DNA of 63,458 bases, taken from contig JACZVV010000003.1 of the NCBI GenBank assembly GCA_022572465.1, positions 1-63,458 on the forward strand. Direction: 5' to 3'. Below the pieces are notes generated by a model. The model did no database searches and had not been told where the DNA came from. It saw nothing but the letters and a program-made list of their open reading frames with translations. The position numbers and the translations under genes are program-made. Numbering within the stretch: position 1 is the first letter of the stretch; every line of letters begins with the position of its first letter. The stretch is from Chloroflexota bacterium (GTDB taxonomy: Bacteria > Chloroflexota > Dehalococcoidia > SHYB01). This document shows positions 48,790 to 57,509 of this stretch, one piece after another.

Positions 48790-49961
48790 CGCTCCGTGAA
48801 CCGCACTCGCCGGTTGTAGATGTTCCCGATGATGGCGTAGGTCAAGCTCATGGCCAGATAAGCGGCCATGATCAGCAGCATGATCGGCACCGCTCGGCCG
48901 GCCTGATTGATCATGATCCTGCTGATGGCGTACAGGTCGGGATAGCCGATGGCTATGGCCAGGCTGGAGTTCTTGGTCAGGTTCAAGAACTGGCTAATCA
49001 TCGGCGGGATGATCACCCTCAAGGCCTGGGGAAAGACGATGGACAGGAGGGTTTGCGCATCGCTGAGGCCAAGGGCCCGCGCCGCCTCGGTTTGGCCGCG
49101 CTGGACCGATTGAATGCCGGCGCGCACGATCTCGGCGATGAAGGCGGCGGTGTACACCACCAGGCCGGTGAGCAAGGCCGCGAACTCGGGCGTTACCCGC
49201 GCGCCGCCAACGAAGTTGAAACGCTCCAGAACGGGCGTCTCGCGTATGAGAGGGCTCTCCCCCACCAAGAACCACCCCAAGGTTGGCAGGAGCACCAGGG
49301 CCAGCGCCGCGGCCACGTTGGGATGCGTGTTTCGGCCGGTCTCGATCTGGATCCGGCCCAAGATCACCCTCACCGCCACGGCGAGCACGACTCCGCCCAG
49401 AACGAACAGCAGCCACGAATCGAACGACGACGTGGTGTTGGCCCACACCGAAAAGACGCCCCGGTTGTTGACGTAGATGGGGCCCGGCAGGCGCAGGCTT
49501 TCCTGGACCACCGGCAGCAGCAGAAAGATCCCGAAGTACCAAAAAAAGAGCTGCACCAAGAGGGGGACGTTTCGAATGATCTCGACGTAGACGCTGGTGA
49601 TGCTCTTGACCAACCAGTTGCTGGAAAGCCGCGAAACGCCCACGATGAGGCCCAGCACGGTGGCGGCCACGATTCCTATCAGGGCCACCTTGATGGTGTT
49701 GACCACTCCCACTATGAAGGCGTGCCGGAAGGAGTCCGACTCGGTGTAGCCGATGACCGATTCCGCGATGGGAAAGCCGGCCTCCTCCTCGAGAAAACCG
49801 AAGCCCAGCTTCAGGCCACGTTCATCCGCGGCTTCGAAGACGTTCCTGACGAAGTAGACGACGATGGCGACGACGATGACGACGAAGACGATCTGGGTGA
49901 CAGCGCGCAGCACGCGGGCGTCGCGCCAGAGAGGAGTGCCACGGTACGTTAGGATGCGCAT
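48786..49961 (-). CDS. Amino-acid ABC permease (AapQ/BztB-like)
   Basis: RLSSNWL, RNVPLL, AFIAEIVRAGI, KNSSLAIAIGYPD. Confidence 0.93.
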   Translation of the reverse strand: MRILTYRGTPLWRDARVLRAVTQIVFVVIVVAIVVYFVRNVFEAADERGLKLGFGFLEEEAGFPIAESVIGYTESDSFRHAFIVGVVNTIKVALIGIVAATVLGLIVGVSRLSSNWLVKSITSVYVEIIRNVPLLVQLFFWYFGIFLLLPVVQESLRLPGPIYVNNRGVFSVWANTTSSFDSWLLFVLGGVVLAVAVRVILGRIQIETGRNTHPNVAAALALVLLPTLGWFLVGESPLIRETPVLERFNFVGGARVTPEFAALLTGLVVYTAAFIAEIVRAGIQSVQRGQTEAARALGLSDAQTLLSIVFPQALRVIIPPMISQFLNLTKNSSLAIAIGYPDLYAISRIMINQAGRAVPIMLLIMAAYLAMSLTYAIIGNIYNRRVRFTER

Positions 49962-49990
49962 CCGAGCGTTTGGCCCCGCGACCGCATATG

Positions 49991-50032
49991 AAAAAGCACA
50001 TACAGGCCCGGCCTCCCGAGCCTGTATGTGCT
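49991..50032 (-). terminator. Stem-loop with U-tract after the substrate-binding gene (partial terminator or mRNA stabiliser)
   Basis: AGCACATACAGGC...GCCTGTATGTGCT 13-bp stem followed by T-tract on the minus strand. Confidence 0.75.
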
Positions 50033-50052
50033 CACTTCATCGACCGTGCGAA

Positions 50053-51138
50053 CTAGCGAAGGGGCGGCGCGTAGACTAGGCCGCCGTTGGTCCACAACTC
50101 GTTCTGCTGCCGCGGGAGCGTGAAGGACTCGCCGTTGGGGCCCATGTACCGGTCGTAGATCTCGCCGTAGTTGCCCACTGCCTTGATGACGTCCACGGCA
50201 AAGGTCGCTTTCAAGCCCAGATCGGACTGCCCGAACTCGCCCTCGACGCCCAACATCCGTCGGATCACGATGTTGTCGCTGCCCCGCTGCTGCTCCACGT
50301 TGGCCTGGGTAACTCCCAGCTCCTCGGCGTTGATCAGCACCCACATGACCGTCTTGACCAGGTCGAACCACCCGTCGTCCCCATGAGCGACGACCGGGGT
50401 CAGGGGCTCCTTGGAGATCGTCTCAGGCAGGATGACGTGGGCGTCGGGGTCGCTGAAGCCGCTTCTAATGGCGGCCAGCTGCGACTTGTCGCTGGTGGTG
50501 GCGTCGCAGCGACCCGCCTCGTAGGCTCCATAGACCGAGGCGGTGTCCTCGAAGACCACGGTCTCCAGATCCAGATTGTGTTGCCGGAAGAAGTCGGCCA
50601 GGTTGAGCTCGGTGGTGGTGCCACTGGTCACGCAGACGGTGGTGCCGTCCAGGTCCAGGGCGCTGTCGAATCCGAGCCGTTTGGGCACCATGAAGCCCTG
50701 TCCGTCGTAGAACATGATGGTGGTGTAGTTGCCCCACTGGGAATCGCGAGTCGAGGTCCAGGTCACGTTCCGGGACAGGACGTCTACCTCGCCGGCTTGA
50801 ATCGTGGGGCCGCGCTCGGATGCCGTGATGGGCACGACTTCCAGGGCGTTGCCATCACCGAAGATGGCGGCCGCGATGGCCCGGCAGAGGTCGATATCGA
50901 AGCCGCGGTTGATGCCGGCCGAGTCCAAGAACCCAAATCCGGCGAGGTCGGTTCGTCCGGCGCAGATCAGCCGGCCGCGGTCTTGGACGACATCCAGGCG
51001 GTTGGATACCGGCTCGGGCGTCGCCTGCACGATAACCGTTTGCACCACGGGCGTCGCGTCGCCGCCGTTACAGGCCGCGACCACGATGGCGATGACGACC
51101 AAGAGGCTTCCGAACGCTACGAACCTTTTCTGTTTCAT
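50053..51138 (-). CDS. Amino-acid ABC substrate-binding lipoprotein (AapJ/BztA-like)
   Basis: Lipobox VVAAC; GFDIDLCRAIAAA, FYDGQGF, GTTTELN, ISKEPL, VGNYGEI; GGAGG RBS. Confidence 0.94.
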   Translation of the reverse strand: MKQKRFVAFGSLLVVIAIVVAACNGGDATPVVQTVIVQATPEPVSNRLDVVQDRGRLICAGRTDLAGFGFLDSAGINRGFDIDLCRAIAAAIFGDGNALEVVPITASERGPTIQAGEVDVLSRNVTWTSTRDSQWGNYTTIMFYDGQGFMVPKRLGFDSALDLDGTTVCVTSGTTTELNLADFFRQHNLDLETVVFEDTASVYGAYEAGRCDATTSDKSQLAAIRSGFSDPDAHVILPETISKEPLTPVVAHGDDGWFDLVKTVMWVLINAEELGVTQANVEQQRGSDNIVIRRMLGVEGEFGQSDLGLKATFAVDVIKAVGNYGEIYDRYMGPNGESFTLPRQQNELWTNGGLVYAPPLR

Positions 51139-51390
51139 CAGCTCCTCCAGAATGGAATCTTTTGCGGGAAGCCCCGGCATCCGGTGAACCCGGCTCCTCC
51201 GCCGCGGCATTATACGCTCTAGCCATTAGGGAAAGTCAAGAGCTTTCACTGGGGTGGCGCGCGCGGGCGTCTTTAAATCTTTCTTACAATGTCTGCCGGC
51301 GCATGTGGCAAACGAGTCCCGGCGCCTCCCTTCCCACGAGACTCTGCGTCCCGGCAAGCCCCGCGTCCCGCGGGAGAGGTCGGGGCTCAG

Positions 51391-51416
51391 AGCCTGCACT
51401 GAGCGAAGCCGAAGGG
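51391..51416. repeat. REP-like palindromic element (CTGAGC-hairpin-CGAAGG type)
   Basis: AGCCTGCACTGAGCGAAGCCGAAGGG; same architecture as 56018-56060 in the opposite orientation. Confidence 0.5.
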
Positions 51417-51534
51417 GTGGCAATGAAAAGACCCCGGGCCGACCCCGAGGACGCCTCGCACGAGCGGATGCTATAGTTGAGGCAGCCGCCGGTTCGCGCG
51501 GCTCATTCACCCGCAGGAAAAAGCGAGGAAGCCC

Positions 51535-52533
51535 ATGAGATATCGTAAGCTCAACCGGACGGGCCTGAATCTGTCGGAGGTCGGTTTCGGCGTATGGACG
51601 GTCGCCACCAACTGGTGGGGCGTCGAAGACGAGACCCACGGCGTCAAGCTGCTTCAGAAGGCCCTGGACCTGGGGATCAACTTCTACAACACTGGCGACA
51701 CCTACGGCAACGGCATGGGCGAGACGATTCTGGCCAAGGCGTTCAAAGGCCGCCGCCACGACATTGTCATCGCCACCAAGTTCGGCTACGACTGGTACAC
51801 CTACGCCGGCGAGCGCACCGGCCACAAGGAGCTTCCCCAGGACTGGTCGCCCGAGTTCATCCGCAAAGCTTGCGAAGAGAGCCTGAAACGGCTGGACACC
51901 GACTATATCGATCTCTACCAGCTCCACAATCCCCGTATCGATGCCATCGGTGACGATGCCATCTTCGACACCCTGGAGCAGCTCAAGAGAGAGGGCAAGG
52001 TCCGCTATTGGGGCTCTTCCCTGGGCCCCGACATCGGCTGGTTCGAGGAAGGCCAGGCGTCGATGGAGGAGCGTCACGTCGACTCGGTGGAGATCATTCA
52101 CAGCATCCTGGAGCAGGAGCCGTCGCGGCGTTTCTTTCCCATCGCGGAGGCGACCGACACGGGCCTGCTCTCGCGGGTGCCTCACGCCAGTGGGCTGCTG
52201 GACGGCACCGTGGACGAGAACACGGTGTTCCCCGAGAGCGACCATCGCTCCCACCGCAAGAAGGAGTGGCTCGATACGAGCCTCATGAAGGTCAAGCAGC
52301 TGGGGTTCCTCGCCGAGCACTACGACATGACCATCGGACAGGCGGCGGTGCAGTTCTGCCTGGCTGAGAAGAACATCGTCTCCGTTCTGCCGAACCTGAC
52401 CAACGAGCCCCAGCTCTTGGAGTTCGCCGCGGCGTCGGACCTGGAGGCGATCTCCGCGGAAGACCTGGCCCGGCTCTACGAACTGTTCGACAACGATTTC
52501 GACCTGGCGCCGGTCTCGTCCAGCCAAGCCTAG
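51535..52533 (+). CDS. Aldo/keto reductase
   Basis: [47 protein letters not shown]. Confidence 0.94.
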   Translation: MRYRKLNRTGLNLSEVGFGVWTVATNWWGVEDETHGVKLLQKALDLGINFYNTGDTYGNGMGETILAKAFKGRRHDIVIATKFGYDWYTYAGERTGHKELPQDWSPEFIRKACEESLKRLDTDYIDLYQLHNPRIDAIGDDAIFDTLEQLKREGKVRYWGSSLGPDIGWFEEGQASMEERHVDSVEIIHSILEQEPSRRFFPIAEATDTGLLSRVPHASGLLDGTVDENTVFPESDHRSHRKKEWLDTSLMKVKQLGFLAEHYDMTIGQAAVQFCLAEKNIVSVLPNLTNEPQLLEFAAASDLEAISAEDLARLYELFDNDFDLAPVSSSQA

Positions 52534-52645
52534 CGCCCGCCCCGCCTCCGCATAGTCCTTCCGCCTCGTTCCTGTTCCTTGCCCCTTGTTCCTTCTTGGC
52601 ATCCACCCGCGTATAATTGGGCGAACTTGCCGCTGGGAGGGAACG

Positions 52646-53863
52646 TTGGCCACGCCGCCGCAGGCTCTGAGCGGAGTCCGGGTCCTCGACCTGACCCAGA
52701 TCATCTCCGGCCCCTACGGAACCAAGCTGCTAGCCGATTACGGCGCCGACGTCATCAAGATCGAGCGTCCGGGGATCGGCGACCTGGCGCGGCGGATGGG
52801 ACCCTTCGCCGGCGACGACGTCCATCCCGAGAAGAGCGGCCTCTTTCTTCACCTGAACACCAACAAGCGAAGCGTCACGCTGGACCTCAAGACCGCCACC
52901 GGCAAGAAGCTCTTCTTCGAGCTGCTCGAGGGCGCCGACGCAGTGGTGGAGAGCTTCGCTCCGAGAGTCATGCCGTCGCTGGGGCTGGACTTCGAGACTC
53001 TGCGGGCCCGCAACCGGCGGCTGGTGATGACCTCGGTGTCCAACTTCGGCCAGAGGGGGCCGTATCGCGACTGGAAGTCGGCCGAGATCGTCACCTACGC
53101 GACGGGAGGCCCCATGTGGGCCACCGGCCTTCCGGAGCGCGAGCCGATGAGCCTCGGCGACAACGTGGTCCAATACCAGGTCGGCGCCGCGAGCGCCGTG
53201 GCGACCTCCATGGCCCTGTATTCGGCCGAGGCGTCGGGCCAGGGCGACCACCTCGACGTGTCGCTGTTCCGCACCCAGGCGTCCTCCCAGGACCGCCGCA
53301 CTACCATGCTGATCGGCTACCAGTACACCGGCGAGCGGAACGTGCGGAGTCCCGTGGGCGCTTCCACGGCTGTGGGCGTCCGGCCCTGCGGCGATGGCTA
53401 CGTCAACATCATGGGGTCGTCGCACCGCTTCGAAGACGTTCTCCGCATGATGGGCCAGCCCGAGCTGGTGGAGGACCCCCGATTCAGCGACCTCGTCGCC
53501 CGCTCCCAACCGGGGGCTTCCGAGGAGTTCGACGCCTACTACATTCCCTATCTAATGGAGCACACCAAGCGGGATCTCTTCCAGATTGCCCAGAGCCACC
53601 GTCTTCCATCGGGCCCGCTGTACGACTCGGCGGACCTCTTGGCCGACGGGCACTTCCAGGAACGCGGGTTCTGGGCTACCGTGGACCATCCGGTCGCGGG
53701 CGTCGTGACCCAGCCGGGCCGTCCATTCATCATGAACGAGACGCCCTGGCAGCTCCGCAATCCGGCGCCGGTCCTGGGGGAGCACAACGAGGCCGTGTTC
53801 GGCGAGATGCTGGGCTACGATCGCCAGGCCCTGGTCCGGCTCAAGCGCATGGGCGTGATCTAA
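52646..53863 (+). CDS. Family III CoA-transferase (CaiB/BaiF), subunit 1
   Basis: LSGVRVLDL, GPY..LADYGADVIKIE, NTNKRSVTLDLK, FGQ.GPY, APVLGEHN; TTG start with GGGAGG. Confidence 0.92.
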   Translation: MATPPQALSGVRVLDLTQIISGPYGTKLLADYGADVIKIERPGIGDLARRMGPFAGDDVHPEKSGLFLHLNTNKRSVTLDLKTATGKKLFFELLEGADAVVESFAPRVMPSLGLDFETLRARNRRLVMTSVSNFGQRGPYRDWKSAEIVTYATGGPMWATGLPEREPMSLGDNVVQYQVGAASAVATSMALYSAEASGQGDHLDVSLFRTQASSQDRRTTMLIGYQYTGERNVRSPVGASTAVGVRPCGDGYVNIMGSSHRFEDVLRMMGQPELVEDPRFSDLVARSQPGASEEFDAYYIPYLMEHTKRDLFQIAQSHRLPSGPLYDSADLLADGHFQERGFWATVDHPVAGVVTQPGRPFIMNETPWQLRNPAPVLGEHNEAVFGEMLGYDRQALVRLKRMGVI

Positions 53864-53875
53864 AAGAGGCAACCC

Positions 53876-55177
53876 ATGGCGCTTCCCCTCGACGGCATCC
53901 GGGTTCTGGACCTGACGGCGGTGTGGGCCGGCCCCCACTGCACCATGCTGCTAGCCGATTGGGGCGCCGAGGTCATCCGCATCGAGTCGATTCAAGTCCT
54001 TCAGCCCAGCACCAGGGGCCACATGGCCCATCCTCCCAAGGAGCTGCCGCGCCTTCGCAAGAGCTGGGGCATGACCTACCCGGATTGGGACCCGGGAGAC
54101 CAGCCCTGGAACCGGTACCCAATCTTCCAGAGCCACGCCAGAAACAAGCTCAGCATGACGGTGGACCTGCGCCTCCCCGAAGGCCTCGATCTCTTTCATC
54201 GGCTGGTCAACATCTGCGACGTCTTCGTGGAGAACAACGTGCCCGAAACCATCGAGAAGCTGCACGTAACCTACGAAGAACTGGTCGAGCACAGGCCGGA
54301 CTTGATCGCGCTCCGGATGCCGGCCTACGGCCTCAGCGGGCCGTACAAGAACTATCGCTCCTTCGGCGTGCAGCTCGAAGGGACGGCGGGCCACTCCCTG
54401 CTGCGAGGGTATCCGGACATGGACCCGGCAACGGGGCGCGACGACGTCTACTTGGGCGACGCCGCGGCGGGAGTGAACGGAGCCCTGGCGGTGGTCATGG
54501 CGTTGCGTCACCGCCGCCGCACCGGCAAAGGGCAGCTTATCGAGCTGGCCCAGGCGGAGAACTTCGTGCCCTATCTCGGCGAAGCGGTGATGGACTACAC
54601 CATGAATCGCCGCGTCCGCGACACCATCGGCAACCGTCATCCGTCGGCGGCGCCTCACGGCGTCTACCGTTGCCGTGGCGACGACCGCTGGGTTACTATA
54701 GTGGTGGGAAGCGACCGGCAGTGGCAGGGCCTGTGTCGAGCCATAGGCAATCCCGCCTGGTGCGGCGACCCACGGTTCGCTACCGGAATCGGCAGGTGGA
54801 AGAATCAGGACGAGATGGACACCTCCATCGAGGAGTGGACTCGGGAGCGATCGCCGGACGAGGCGATGAGGCTGCTCCAGGCCGAGGGGGTCCCAGCGGG
54901 GGCGGTGCTGGACGATCGCGACCTGTACAACGACCCGCAGATCAACGGGTTCGGCTTTTTCAAAGAGCTGACCCACGCCGATGCCGGGACCCACAAGTAC
55001 CCGGGCATCATGTGGTCGGCCTCGGAGACGCCCAACGAGATCCGGACGCCGCCCGTGAGGCTGGGCGAGCACAACGAGTACGTCTACCAGGAGCTGCTGG
55101 CGATGAGCGCCGGCGATATTATCGATTTTGAGAAGAAGGGCCACATCGGAACGCGGTATCCGGAGCACCTACCGTAG
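53876..55177 (+). CDS. Family III CoA-transferase (CaiB/BaiF), subunit 2
   Basis: LDGIRVLDL, WAGP, RNKLS..DL, YLGDAAAG, TGKGQ.IE, LGEHN. Confidence 0.92.
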   Translation: MALPLDGIRVLDLTAVWAGPHCTMLLADWGAEVIRIESIQVLQPSTRGHMAHPPKELPRLRKSWGMTYPDWDPGDQPWNRYPIFQSHARNKLSMTVDLRLPEGLDLFHRLVNICDVFVENNVPETIEKLHVTYEELVEHRPDLIALRMPAYGLSGPYKNYRSFGVQLEGTAGHSLLRGYPDMDPATGRDDVYLGDAAAGVNGALAVVMALRHRRRTGKGQLIELAQAENFVPYLGEAVMDYTMNRRVRDTIGNRHPSAAPHGVYRCRGDDRWVTIVVGSDRQWQGLCRAIGNPAWCGDPRFATGIGRWKNQDEMDTSIEEWTRERSPDEAMRLLQAEGVPAGAVLDDRDLYNDPQINGFGFFKELTHADAGTHKYPGIMWSASETPNEIRTPPVRLGEHNEYVYQELLAMSAGDIIDFEKKGHIGTRYPEHLP

Positions 55178-55218
55178 GGACTGAATGGCGGCCGTTTTGG
55201 CGGGCCATGGAGGGGGCG

Positions 55219-55635
55219 ATGCCCGAGAAGTTCGAAAAAGAGATCGACGAGATCATGCGGCAGAGCGGGGACCTGACGCCCCGGCAATCAATGGGTCAGC
55301 TTTTCAAAGACGCTCAGCAGCGGTTCAAGGAGGGGGTCGGGCTGGAGCTCTTCAGGCTGCTGCGATGGCTGACGCCCACCAAGGCCGGCTTCACCGGCGC
55401 CCTGGTGCTGGTTGTCGCGCTGGTCATGAGAAGCCCCCCCATCGCGATCCTGGGCCTCGGCCTGCTGCTGGGCGCTTACTTCCTTGCCGTTATCCGCGGC
55501 GGACGCACGTTCGAAGAGACGACGGGATACGGCAAGTCCTGGCGGGGCCGGCCCATCGACGACTCGCCCGGCGGCCCCGAACGGCCGCCAGCCAAGCGAG
55601 GACTGTTCCGTCGCTGGTTCGGTAGGAAGGGCTGA
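55219..55635 (+). CDS. Hypothetical membrane protein (2 TM)
   Basis: GGAGG RBS; EKFEKEIDEI N-terminus, two hydrophobic stretches, K.WRGRPI. Confidence 0.75.
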   Translation: MPEKFEKEIDEIMRQSGDLTPRQSMGQLFKDAQQRFKEGVGLELFRLLRWLTPTKAGFTGALVLVVALVMRSPPIAILGLGLLLGAYFLAVIRGGRTFEETTGYGKSWRGRPIDDSPGGPERPPAKRGLFRRWFGRKG

Positions 55636-55643
55636 TCGCCCGT

Positions 55644-55925
55644 CTACTGGAGCATCTGCTCGATGCGATCGATGGCCGCGTCGATCGTGGCCCGAGCGTC
55701 GTCTGAGTCGGCCTGGCTCAGCGTGTCCTTGAGTTGGGCTGCGACGTTCAAGCAGAACCCCTTCCACTCCTCGTAGGTGCCGCCCATCGGCATCGCCAGT
55801 CCCGTCTGGCTGATCTTCTCCTGGCCCTCTTTCCGGCGAGGGTCAGCCAGCTCCAGCATATCGGCCAGGTGGACCAGGCCCTCTTCGAAATGGACGGCGT
55901 CCTGCGGTTCGTTCTCGATAGCCAT
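55644..55925 (-). CDS. Hypothetical acidic helical protein (93 aa)
   Basis: GGAGG upstream and host-like codon use; convergent with the upstream gene. Confidence 0.65.
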   Translation of the reverse strand: MAIENEPQDAVHFEEGLVHLADMLELADPRRKEGQEKISQTGLAMPMGGTYEEWKGFCLNVAAQLKDTLSQADSDDARATIDAAIDRIEQMLQ

Positions 55926-56017
55926 GGCCTTCGTTTTGCCTCCGGCGTCGCGGAAAAGTGTACCACGTCGAGTCGCCGTCGCGGAACGCCGCTCATCGCT
56001 CGCCGAGGGCCTTTCAA

Positions 56018-56060
56018 CTGTCACCCTTCGTCCCGATTACATCGGGCTCAAGCATGACAG
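56018..56060. repeat. REP-like palindromic element
   Basis: CTGTCA-CCCTTCG-TCCCGAT-TAC-ATCGGG-CTCAAGCA-TGACAG: terminal inverted repeat plus an internal hairpin. Confidence 0.6.
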
Positions 56061-56092
56061 TTCAAACGGACGACCCATGTGATTGGGCGACG

Positions 56093-56180
56093 TGGGCCGG
56101 AGAAGCTGGTGTGGCTCAGGCGGCTGAGCCGCTTCGACATTGGTCCGGAAACGTCGACGTGGCTCAGCCACCTCAGCCGG
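56093..56180. repeat. Palindromic repeat cluster D (GYGGCTNAGCCRC family)
   Basis: TGGGCCGGAGAAGCTGGTGTGGCTCAGGCGGCTGAGCCGCTTC closely matches 22498-22540; the second unit supplies the methyltransferase stop codon. Confidence 0.85.
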
Positions 56181-57438
56181 CGCCAGCGGTGGCGGACAGC
56201 AGATCGAACGGCCCGTGACGAGGCATGGACGTCAAGCGGCGCCGGGCGATGTCGATGGCGGCAAGGCTGGAGTCGCAAGCGATCCATCGGCGGCCCAAAC
56301 GCTCGGCCACCGCGGCCGTCGTCCCCGAGCCGCAGAAGAAGTCGGCCACCAGATCGCCCGGTTTGGACGACGCCTCGATGATCCTGGCCAAGAGCGCCTC
56401 CGGCTTCTGGGTCGGGAAACCGGTGCGCTCGGCGGCGGGCGCGTGCATCATGTCGCCGATGTCGTCCCAAACATCGCCGAGCAGCTTTTCGTCCAGGACG
56501 TGGCCACCTTCGACGGGGAGGAAATACTTGACGCGCTCTCTGCCCGTCCGCGTCCGGTAGATTCGGCCCTCCTGCTCCAACCGGCGGATGCTGGCGTCGG
56601 TGTAGTCGCCCCGAGGCGCCGTCTTGAACCACCGTCCGTCGGCGTCGCGGCGATAGCCTCTGCGGGGCGCTTCCTCAACCGGCACCCGCCGGACCTGCCG
56701 CAAACGGTTGAAGGCAGCCCCGGGCGACTTGGCGTAGACGAGGAGCATGTCGTGGTTGCGGGGGAACTGGCCCGCGATGGCCTTGGCACCTCGGCCTCCG
56801 TAGTGCCAGACGATGGTGTTTCGGAACGCGGGCCGGCCGAAGAGCTCGTCCAGCATCACCCTGGCGTAATGGCCGGCCCTCCAATCGACGTGGAGGTAGA
56901 GCGTGCCTCGCTCGGCCAGCAGCTCCCGCATCAGGGCCAAACGCTCGTAGAGCATCTGGAGGTACGACGCTAGCCCCGGCCCCCAAGCGTCGCTGTAGGC
57001 CGTCTCCCCGGCCTTGCTCCCATCGGGCCGCCGGAGCCGGAACTCGCCGCCGGTGGCAAAAGGAGGGTCGGCGTAGATCAGGCCGACCTCGCCCCGATAC
57101 GTTGGGGCCAGCGACGCCAGAGCGGTCGCGTTGTCGCCGTGGATGAGCTTGTTGGTCCACCCGTCCGGTACGCCCGGCGCCTCGCCCTCGCTCTCGGCTC
57201 CACCCTCGCCCGTGGCTCTGCCCTCGCCCTTGGCTCTAATGGTCTCCACCAGCGCGAGGGGGCGGGGCCGCCGCTTGGAAGGAGCTGCCTTGCCTTCCCA
57301 GACCAGTTCGACGTCGCTGACGTTTGCCCGGCCTTGGCCGGGGTTTCTTGGCACGGAGGTATGCTGCTTGCTCGCCACTATGGGCCTTCGCTCTCGACCG
57401 GCATGTCCAATCGCCTCGACCAATCGTTCGCCGACCAA
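56173..57438 (-). CDS. Orphan N6A/N4C DNA methyltransferase (beta class, Mod-like)
   Basis: LVWEGK, NKLIHGDN, IYADPPF, GDVWDD, FPTQKPEALL, DFFCGSGTT. True start may be near 57354. Confidence 0.92.
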   Translation of the reverse strand: MVGERLVEAIGHAGRERRPIVASKQHTSVPRNPGQGRANVSDVELVWEGKAAPSKRRPRPLALVETIRAKGEGRATGEGGAESEGEAPGVPDGWTNKLIHGDNATALASLAPTYRGEVGLIYADPPFATGGEFRLRRPDGSKAGETAYSDAWGPGLASYLQMLYERLALMRELLAERGTLYLHVDWRAGHYARVMLDELFGRPAFRNTIVWHYGGRGAKAIAGQFPRNHDMLLVYAKSPGAAFNRLRQVRRVPVEEAPRRGYRRDADGRWFKTAPRGDYTDASIRRLEQEGRIYRTRTGRERVKYFLPVEGGHVLDEKLLGDVWDDIGDMMHAPAAERTGFPTQKPEALLARIIEASSKPGDLVADFFCGSGTTAAVAERLGRRWIACDSSLAAIDIARRRLTSMPRHGPFDLLSATAGAG

Positions 57439-57509
57439 CGCGTTGGCGCGCTGGGAGGGTATGGAAATACGACTCCGGCGGATGGGCTACGGCGGGCAGG
57501 CGCGACCTC

